From Candidatus Thorarchaeota archaeon (GTDB lineage Archaea; Asgardarchaeota; Thorarchaeia; Thorarchaeales; Thorarchaeaceae), in NCBI GenBank assembly GCA_038893995.1, contig JAWAQK010000019.1, positions 1 through 24,000 of the forward strand: a stretch of 24,000 nucleotides of DNA, read 5' to 3'. The notes beneath the pieces are model-generated. The model saw nothing but the letters and a program-made list of their open reading frames with translations, did not search any database and had not been told where the DNA came from. Below, piece after piece: positions 15,278 to 22,378 of this stretch; the stretch's first letter is position 1; each line of letters opens with the position of its first letter. The position numbers and the translations under genes are program-made.

Positions 15278-17062
15278 TCAGTCGGATGTGACTTCTGGCT
15301 CACGTCGCTCGTAGTCGCCCTCGCCCTCGACCATCACTGTCAGCTTCTTCTTGTCGCCTGGGTTCATTCTGTTCCAGACCCAACTGAGGGTTGTGCCTGT
15401 GGGCGACTGGGTGACCTTTGGTTCCTCCTCACTGGGGTCAGTCCGGATATACTTGAAGCCTGGTGGTATCCAGTCAGTCAATGTGACATTCTCTACCGTG
15501 ACCTCTCCCTTGTTCTCTGCCATTAGAACTACTACGTACTGTCGGGCCTCAGCTCCCCTGTTGATCGCCTTCTTGGCAGATATTGCACGCTTCCTGTATA
15601 TCACACCTAGCTTGTGTCCGTCGGGTTCGCTGTAGGCCTCAGCTGCAAGTCCAGCTGGATGAGGCTTCGCATAGCAGTGGATGGGACTTGGATACTGTTT
15701 CTCCGGTCTGTTCCTCCAGGCCATGATTGCGTAATTGATCTTCAGGTCCTGCCCGGGCTTCAGCCCACCCACCGAGTCGATCAGCTTCGGCACCTGCACT
15801 ATCAGCTTGTGTGGGACTGAGGGATCCTGGCCCTCTGGTTCAATCTCAACTGCAGTCTGGCCCGTGTACTTCTGACCACCCACAAATACCGATACATGTT
15901 CGCTCTTCGGCGGCATCACGTCATCGGGGAGATTGTCTTCGACCACCACCTCGTCAATGTCAGCTGTTCCCGTGTTGGTAACCACAACATCGACCTCTAC
16001 GGGTGTCTTGTCCATGCTGTTCACTTCTGGTGGGTCAAAGGTCTTTGTATAGTCTATCTTCACGACAGGGATCTTCTGATCCTCTTTCTCAATCCGGCCT
16101 AGCACTCTTCTCGTGATAGTTCGGGTGGGAGTGCATGTCACTTCGTGGGTACACTTGGGAGGCGACTTGCTCTCCACCTCAAACTTGGTGCTCCAGCTCT
16201 CTCCGGGCCCAAGTTCTACCCTCGGAGACTCATCGATCATCTTCTTCTTCTCGCCACCCTCCTCCGGCGTCAGGAACACCTCGGCATGGTCCAGTCTGAT
16301 CACGAACTCGCTCTCGTTGGAACACTCGAGCGTGCAGACCCAGTGGTTAGGCATGGCCTCGGCAGTCTCGATACCGGTCAGAAAGTCGGTCAGTGCGGTC
16401 AGGTCCGGCTTCAGACTCGAACGCTGTTGATCTTCAGCACGATATGTGACCACTATGGAGCCGGCATTCTTTACTCCCGGATCCTCCACCCTTGCAACTG
16501 CTGTGACCTGCAACACAGTCTCCTCATGGGGATAGATGAGGAAATCGTTCCATATGATCTGCCTAGTGTTGGGATCAAACTCTGCCTTCCCTGACTGGGC
16601 GCTCTCAATCTTGACGTCAGTGAGTTCAGGAGGAATGGCCTTGTTCAGGACGATGGCCTCCAGATTACCATCACTCTCGTTTCTGAGGCTTATCGTCATT
16701 CTGACCCTGTTGTCCTTTCCGAACACATACGCATTCCTGACGTCTTCCGCAGCTACCTCACACGCGTCGTAAGTTTCCCTGAGTGTCAGCAGCGGTCTGT
16801 CGATCTTGGTCTGATATTCCGTACTCCATACCTTGCCGACCTCTATCTCGCCAGCTGGAATGGAGTCCTGTGTGATGGTGGTGCCGTCGCGCGATCCTGC
16901 AACATGAACCACCACGTTCCATATTCTGTTGCTGTTGGAGATGTTCTTGACGCTCATCACACATGACGTCTGTGTGCTGAGCAGCTCACTGTGTTCACCG
17001 AGTCGGGCACTCTCTGACTCTTCTAGGTCGATGATCACAGTCTTCTTCTCTGTCACCCACAT
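15278..17062 (-). CDS. Large cytoplasmic protein of unknown function (594 aa) made of about five tandem beta-sandwich (DUF11/CARDB-like) repeats
   Basis: The long ORF has a charged N-terminus (MWVTEKKTVIIDLEESES) with no signal peptide or TM segment visible. Segments recur with signatures such as RMTISLRNESDGNLEAIVLNKAIPPEL, VEVDVVVTNTGTADIDEVVVEDNLPDD and YVVVLMAENKGEVTVENVTLTDWIPPGF. SD-like GGTGGGTGA lies immediately upstream of the ATG. Confidence 0.75.
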   Translation of the reverse strand: MWVTEKKTVIIDLEESESARLGEHSELLSTQTSCVMSVKNISNSNRIWNVVVHVAGSRDGTTITQDSIPAGEIEVGKVWSTEYQTKIDRPLLTLRETYDACEVAAEDVRNAYVFGKDNRVRMTISLRNESDGNLEAIVLNKAIPPELTDVKIESAQSGKAEFDPNTRQIIWNDFLIYPHEETVLQVTAVARVEDPGVKNAGSIVVTYRAEDQQRSSLKPDLTALTDFLTGIETAEAMPNHWVCTLECSNESEFVIRLDHAEVFLTPEEGGEKKKMIDESPRVELGPGESWSTKFEVESKSPPKCTHEVTCTPTRTITRRVLGRIEKEDQKIPVVKIDYTKTFDPPEVNSMDKTPVEVDVVVTNTGTADIDEVVVEDNLPDDVMPPKSEHVSVFVGGQKYTGQTAVEIEPEGQDPSVPHKLIVQVPKLIDSVGGLKPGQDLKINYAIMAWRNRPEKQYPSPIHCYAKPHPAGLAAEAYSEPDGHKLGVIYRKRAISAKKAINRGAEARQYVVVLMAENKGEVTVENVTLTDWIPPGFKYIRTDPSEEEPKVTQSPTGTTLSWVWNRMNPGDKKKLTVMVEGEGDYERREPEVTSD

Positions 17063-17131
17063 TCACCCACCTATCTTCTAATCCTCCCGAGTTGACTGAC
17101 GGCTCGTCTGGAAACTACTCTCACGGGTGTC

Positions 17132-17836
17132 TCATGACACCTGATACCGGAACTCGTTGCCAGCTGCCCATGTGACTTCAGCCACCTTTCCCACGTCCAT
17201 GGGCAGGGGTATGGAGCCCGGGGCAAATTGATCCACGTAGCGGACAAACCTGGCCAGCTGTTCTGGCTCGTACCACCTCATCGGTATTACGAGTCGGGGT
17301 CTTGCATCGACACAGAGACTCACTGCGTCTTTCACTGGAAACACACCATCGCCACCTATCGGTGTGATGAGTATCTCGGCCTCCAACTGGCCAAATGGTC
17401 CACGTATTGTTGTGTCTCCCAAGTAGGAGATACGCATTCGCCCCATCTCAATATAGAGTCCCAGATTCTCTATCTTGTCTTGACTTGCTGGCATTCCCCG
17501 CTTCAGTGGGTGCGGGGTTATCTTTAGTCCTGGGATCTCGTATGGTGTTTCAGCCGCAAGTTCATGTAGCAACCACGGCTTTCCCCCCTGCTTTCTCACC
17601 TTCTCTATGGTGGTCGCGTTACCGAGTATCCATGCCTTCGAGTTGTCAGCTATCTTGGCAGCATTTCCGAGAGCATCATCGAGATGGTTTGTTACCACGA
17701 TTATTCTGACGTCAAAGTCATCAGGAACGACCGGGGTCCCATCCCAGATGCCCGGATTGAGCAACACGGATGTGTCTTTTGACTCAAGAGCAAATGACGT
17801 ACGACCAAGATACCTGATCCTTAGCATTCCTCGCAC
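17132..17836 (-). CDS. Metallo-beta-lactamase-fold protein (UPF0173/COG2220-like) with a degenerate HxHxDH motif
   Basis: LRIRYLGRTSFALESKDTSVLLNPG... and ISYLGDTT fit the MBL-fold pattern of small archaeal hydrolases. The HxHxDH position reads TNHLDDA. Confidence 0.65.
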   Translation of the reverse strand: MRGMLRIRYLGRTSFALESKDTSVLLNPGIWDGTPVVPDDFDVRIIVVTNHLDDALGNAAKIADNSKAWILGNATTIEKVRKQGGKPWLLHELAAETPYEIPGLKITPHPLKRGMPASQDKIENLGLYIEMGRMRISYLGDTTIRGPFGQLEAEILITPIGGDGVFPVKDAVSLCVDARPRLVIPMRWYEPEQLARFVRYVDQFAPGSIPLPMDVGKVAEVTWAAGNEFRYQVS

Positions 17837-18002
17837 CCCGTGATGAGTAGATCCCGTGAGCCGACTGCCAGACTGTTCCTATGCTTCGTTGCATTTAAGC
17901 AAATTGGGCATGATTCGAATAAGACTCAACCATGCTGAGCGAAAATCTTTTCATCATCAATATGACTCGTACGGTAGTCCAAGGGACGGGCAGAGGAGTG
18001 CA

Positions 18003-19292
18003 ATGCTGGAGAGATTCCTCAGTGATAGCTTTCGGAGGCTTGTGAAGGCAACCCTGAAGGACGCAGAGGCGTTTCTCAGGGCGAAGGAATCCGAAGACTT
18101 CTCAAGGGACAGGCAGAGGATCCGGGACGAGTTACTGTGCCAGGTCGAAACGCTTCCGAATGATGCCCGCCTTGCCGAGGACTACCTGGTCGCAGCCGTA
18201 GACGGCTCCGGTCATGAGCGGCTCCTTGCCAGAGATGATCTCCGGTTCCACCTGCTCAGTACTGCGACGGTCTACCTTGACAGTAACACCCGGAATGGTG
18301 TCCCGTTTCAACCAGTTCCTCGCGACCAGCTGGAGTCTGCCATTGGGGAGCAGCCCTCTCTGGATATTCACTGGCACTCGGGCACTCGTCAGGACACATT
18401 GACCAAGGTGGCAGAGTCAATTCAGTCGATATACTCAGGCCGGTCTCCGAATGAACTCATTGCCCAGTTCCTCGAGGAGAGGCGGTCCTCCAATTCTCGG
18501 TCGTCGGGTGTCAGCGAGACGCGACGTGTGGGACATCTGGAGCGACCAGATACGATGGAGGACCTGATATCTCGACCTTGGTCGTTGAGTCACTCCATGA
18601 TTCACGACGAGTTGCGTAGGGTGTCTGAGCTGGCAGCCGCACGAAGGGCTATCATGAGCACAATGAAGCCCAAGTATCTCATGCTAGATGGTTCGATGAG
18701 TGTGTTTCTCGATCCCCACGACAAGCTCCCTCTGATGCCCAGTGGCTTCATGCTACGAGAGTTGTCCTCTCTCGCGAGAAAGGAGAATGTGATCTTGTGC
18801 GCTGTGAGTAAGAGACACACCATCCCCTTTGCCCACAAGATTGCCCAGCTGGCTGCGGATCGGTTCGGCAAGAACAGCAAGTGGTTCTGCTTTCTCCCTG
18901 GCAATGAGGACCCTGGCGGAGTGCTCCATATCTACGAGGAGCATGCATATATCCCTCCTTATCTCGCAGTTCCCTATCTCTTCAGCTTCTCAGCGACAAA
19001 CAGACCATCCAGAATAGACTTTGACAGGTTGTGGTGGAAGAAGAACATCTTCGTGGAGGGTGATGCCGACGCAACGCGCGAGAACGAAATGAGTCTGTTC
19101 AGGGACCTGGAGTTCATGTCGAGAGACGCCCGTTGGTATGGCTACCCAGTAGCACTCGCCCTGGCACATGAGACCTGCAAGGTGAGCTTCAGCGATATCC
19201 AGCTGGCCCGCGAGATATGCTCAGACGTGCTCCACGAGCTCGGACTCGATTCGAGGATAGCAAATGAACCACGAGAAGACTATGGATTGTAG
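18003..19292 (+). CDS. nurA: NurA 5'-3' nuclease
   Basis: NurA catalytic-type motifs are present: VAAVDGSG (Asp at 18201-18203), YLMLDGSMS (Asp at 18687-18689), AVSKRH, and YPVALALAHETCKVS. The gene is followed directly by herA. The start is uncertain: the ORF track gives 17856, only 19 nt from the divergent MBL gene, so ATG 18003 is preferred. Confidence 0.8.
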   Translation: MLERFLSDSFRRLVKATLKDAEAFLRAKESEDFSRDRQRIRDELLCQVETLPNDARLAEDYLVAAVDGSGHERLLARDDLRFHLLSTATVYLDSNTRNGVPFQPVPRDQLESAIGEQPSLDIHWHSGTRQDTLTKVAESIQSIYSGRSPNELIAQFLEERRSSNSRSSGVSETRRVGHLERPDTMEDLISRPWSLSHSMIHDELRRVSELAAARRAIMSTMKPKYLMLDGSMSVFLDPHDKLPLMPSGFMLRELSSLARKENVILCAVSKRHTIPFAHKIAQLAADRFGKNSKWFCFLPGNEDPGGVLHIYEEHAYIPPYLAVPYLFSFSATNRPSRIDFDRLWWKKNIFVEGDADATRENEMSLFRDLEFMSRDARWYGYPVALALAHETCKVSFSDIQLAREICSDVLHELGLDSRIANEPREDYGL

Positions 19293-19307
19293 GAGTGTGT
19301 TCAACTG

Positions 19308-21056
19308 TTGATAGACCCTGACTCACTGGGCGAGAGATTCGGAAAAGTCAGTGTGGGCGACCATCATCTGCTCGGTATCATAGGCCGGAACCGAGACATC
19401 AGCGTTGGTGAGATCTTTCAGATACATTCGGTGAAGGATTCCTGCGAGCGTGTGTTCTTCTTCAGGGCGCTGGGAATAGAGCATTACATTCGACGAGTCG
19501 ACGACATCTCCAGGGTTGCCAGTTCACTCCTGGTTGAGGGTGACTCGTACCTCTCAGGCATCGATAGAAACATGCTTCTGGCTGTTCATGGGAAGATGCT
19601 GGGTTACGCGGAAGAGGTCGATGGGAAATGGGTCTTCAGGGCGCCTAGGCGTCTACCTGATCACCTGGCCGACGTATACCGACCCATTCCTGGGAAGTCT
19701 GACAACATAGTTCGAGACCTACTGGCATCTCAGACAGCAGGAGAGCTCTATGTTGGAGACCTACAAGTCGGGGAGTCCACACTTGATGTCCCTGTCTGCA
19801 TTCCAGCCAAGTACCTCCCCATGCACGTCGGGGTGTTTGGTTCTACAGGGGCGGGCAAGAGCAACCTCATGATGGTACTCATCAAGTCAATGATCGACAA
19901 CAATCTTGAGTGCCTGAGGAGGACCAGTGACGATCGTACCAGAGTCTCGGCGTTCTGCATAGACCCTCATGACGAGTTTGCAAAGGGTATTGATCATTAC
20001 GGTATTCAGAGCATAGTCGAGGCACTCGACCAGGACACGAGGTCTGAGGTCATTGGTGACTTCTACTACCTCACACCGCACCTCAAGGCCACGCCGAGAG
20101 AGATCAGACGGTATGCCCGCGAGATTCGCATTCGCTGGGAGGAGATCCTGCCGCACGACATGTACTCAATTGGTGACTATGCTCCGCAGATGTCGATCTT
20201 CATCGACACGATGTATGCACAGCACAAAGAGCTCTGGATAGAGCGGATCCTCGAGTCCGAAGAGATGGAAGGTACTCCCAAGGGCACAGTCGAGGCTGTC
20301 AAGAGAAGACTCTCCTTCCTCGAGAGATCGTCTGTCTTCGTCAGGTCCGGTGACTCTGTGCTTGATGAGATATTCGCCGCGCTCGAGTCTGGACGTGTCC
20401 TGGTGGTGAACACCAGTCTTCTCAGCGACCAGGAACAGTTCTTGCTCACGACAGTCGTCACTCGTACCGTATCCGACTTCCGGAGAGCACTGAAGAGCAG
20501 CGGCAACCTTGACGACTTTGAACAGCAGGGAAGGATGCGACTTCCCAAACCATTCTTCGAGCGCAACAAGGAACGGGCAAAATCATTCTACGGCCGAGGT
20601 AAGACTGGTGACTCACCTGTCCGTGACCCTCGAGAACTACCGGTGATATTGATCACTGTCGAAGAGGCTCCCTCGATCCTCAATCCTGTGTTGATGCAGG
20701 GTCAGTCAGTGTTCAAGGACATCTCGCGTCAGGGTCGTAAGTTCAATATTGGACTCCTCGTTGTGAGTCAACAGGTCAGCGTGCTCGACAACGTAATTCT
20801 CAGTCAGATGAATACGGAACTGAATCTTCGCCTGGGCAACGAGCATGAGATCCGTGCCTGCATAGAGAATGCAAGTTGCAACATCAGTGGCTTCGAGGAG
20901 GAGTTCAGGGTCATGGGTCGGGGCGAGGCCTTGCTCACGGCATCATATCGAGAGACCCCTGTCCCTGTCAAGATTCCGAAGTTTGACGACCTGTTTGTCA
21001 AGGATTCAGGCCGGTACAGCACCACCAGAAGACGAACCGAGAAACATACGTTGTGA
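19308..21056 (+). CDS. herA: HerA (MlaA) hexameric FtsK-like DNA translocase/helicase
   Basis: Walker A is GVFGSTGAGKSNLMMVL, Walker B-like is LPVILITVEEAPSIL, and GRKFNIGLLVVSQQ is present. An N-terminal barrel-like region precedes them. AGGAG lies about 10 nt upstream of TTG 19308. The gene sits between nurA and mre11. Confidence 0.9.
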   Translation: MIDPDSLGERFGKVSVGDHHLLGIIGRNRDISVGEIFQIHSVKDSCERVFFFRALGIEHYIRRVDDISRVASSLLVEGDSYLSGIDRNMLLAVHGKMLGYAEEVDGKWVFRAPRRLPDHLADVYRPIPGKSDNIVRDLLASQTAGELYVGDLQVGESTLDVPVCIPAKYLPMHVGVFGSTGAGKSNLMMVLIKSMIDNNLECLRRTSDDRTRVSAFCIDPHDEFAKGIDHYGIQSIVEALDQDTRSEVIGDFYYLTPHLKATPREIRRYAREIRIRWEEILPHDMYSIGDYAPQMSIFIDTMYAQHKELWIERILESEEMEGTPKGTVEAVKRRLSFLERSSVFVRSGDSVLDEIFAALESGRVLVVNTSLLSDQEQFLLTTVVTRTVSDFRRALKSSGNLDDFEQQGRMRLPKPFFERNKERAKSFYGRGKTGDSPVRDPRELPVILITVEEAPSILNPVLMQGQSVFKDISRQGRKFNIGLLVVSQQVSVLDNVILSQMNTELNLRLGNEHEIRACIENASCNISGFEEEFRVMGRGEALLTASYRETPVPVKIPKFDDLFVKDSGRYSTTRRRTEKHTL

Positions 21057-22378
21057 GGTATTTCAGATTGTCTGTAAGGATTGTACATCTGTCTGACACT
21101 CATCTGGGTGCAAGCCCAAGGGATGGTGTTCGCTCAAACGCATGGGCTGAGGACAATCGAGTGAGGCTGATCGAGAACGACTTCTACGAGCGGTTCAGAG
21201 AGGTATTTGCTGAGATAGCGCGCATAGACCCTCCTCCCGACCTTGTGATTCATTCGGGTGACCTATACGACTCTCCCTATGACAAGAATCCGTTTCCTCC
21301 TCCCACAGTGGCCGAGACCGTCGCTGTACAGGTGATACGATCCTTCACCGAGGAGACTGGAATACCCGTACTCATAATCGATGGCAACCACGGTATCTAT
21401 AGAAGTCTTGATGTGTCCATGCTTGAGGTGCTTCAAGCATCGATTCCGCAGCTCAGGGTTGCCACACGACTACAACTCAAGGATGCGCTGCGGAATGACC
21501 GGCCCCTGAAGTTCGAGTATGAACACCTTGATGTCTTCTGCTTTCCATTCATGGAGCTATCTGTGCTAAAAAGTGCTGACATGTTGAACCAGCTGAGAGA
21601 CTGGATAACTTCATGTCAGGCACCGAGAGGAAACCGTATCTCTGTAGCCGTAGCTCACGGAATGAAGATCGATGAGACATTGTTTGATGAGATATTCTCG
21701 ATGGGCTACGACTACATTGCTCTCGGACACGACCACATCCAGCACCAGCACTCTGACAGGGCTTGGTATGCAGGATCGACTGAGAGGTGGCGTTTCGACG
21801 AGGCCTCACATCAGAAGGGGTTTCTCATCGTGGACCTCGAGAAGGGCAAGACTCCCGTCGTAACGCCGCATCACCTGAGGTTTGCTCGGCCAGTGCTGAA
21901 TGCCAGGCTGAGGATTGAGCCCGATGACACTATTGAGTCGGTGCGACAGAGAGTCATCGAGTGGCTAGACAAGTCTGTGCCAAGATCAGGTAAGGATCCC
22001 AGTGTTTCAGCACGGATACGTCTGGTGCTCAGCGGCACATCTCCGCTCGTTGACCCGAGCGAGCTCAACTCAATGTTGGCATCGCTGAGGGTCAACCTGT
22101 TTGGCGACTCATCAGAATTCAATGTATGCCAATTCGTGTGGTCCGTCGAATCCGTCGAGACAGAGCATGTGGCCCATGCGTATCCCGAGATCATTTCGGA
22201 GTATCTCATTGAGGATCCCGCCAGTGAGTTTTCCCAGTACCTTGAATCGTTGAAATTAGAGCCAGGGTTCGATTCCCGACTGCTGACCCGTATCGCAGTC
22301 AAGGCACTTGAACGTGCAGTCCAGTCTCACGCACAGAAGCTGGTCTTGGAAGATCTGCTGGAGGATGATGGATCTTGA
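21053..22378 (+). CDS. mre11: Mre11 nuclease (calcineurin-like metallophosphoesterase)
   Basis: All five phosphoesterase motifs are present: IVHLSDTHLG, VIHSGDLYD, IIDGNHG, VAVAHG and ALGHDHIQH. GTG 21053 overlaps the herA stop (GTGA). TTG 21068 is an alternative start. Confidence 0.9.
   Translation: MRYFRLSVRIVHLSDTHLGASPRDGVRSNAWAEDNRVRLIENDFYERFREVFAEIARIDPPPDLVIHSGDLYDSPYDKNPFPPPTVAETVAVQVIRSFTEETGIPVLIIDGNHGIYRSLDVSMLEVLQASIPQLRVATRLQLKDALRNDRPLKFEYEHLDVFCFPFMELSVLKSADMLNQLRDWITSCQAPRGNRISVAVAHGMKIDETLFDEIFSMGYDYIALGHDHIQHQHSDRAWYAGSTERWRFDEASHQKGFLIVDLEKGKTPVVTPHHLRFARPVLNARLRIEPDDTIESVRQRVIEWLDKSVPRSGKDPSVSARIRLVLSGTSPLVDPSELNSMLASLRVNLFGDSSEFNVCQFVWSVESVETEHVAHAYPEIISEYLIEDPASEFSQYLESLKLEPGFDSRLLTRIAVKALERAVQSHAQKLVLEDLLEDDGS

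Noticed and set aside
17856-21056. nurA-herA as a HerA-associated anti-phage defence module
   Set aside because: The pair is directly and translationally coupled to canonical mre11 and rad50. NurA carries the standard catalytic motifs. This is the housekeeping archaeal end-resection operon.
1439-22302. Long antisense ORFs inside annotated genes (for example 1439-1771, 2251-2604, 7230-7661, 9881-10351, 12261-12758, 16145-16594, 20177-20569, 21871-22302)
   Set aside because: They are shadow ORFs typical of moderately GC-rich coding DNA. Their compositions are rich in Ser/Arg/Pro/Thr, they have no recognisable motifs, and each is fully embedded opposite a gene with strong family signatures.
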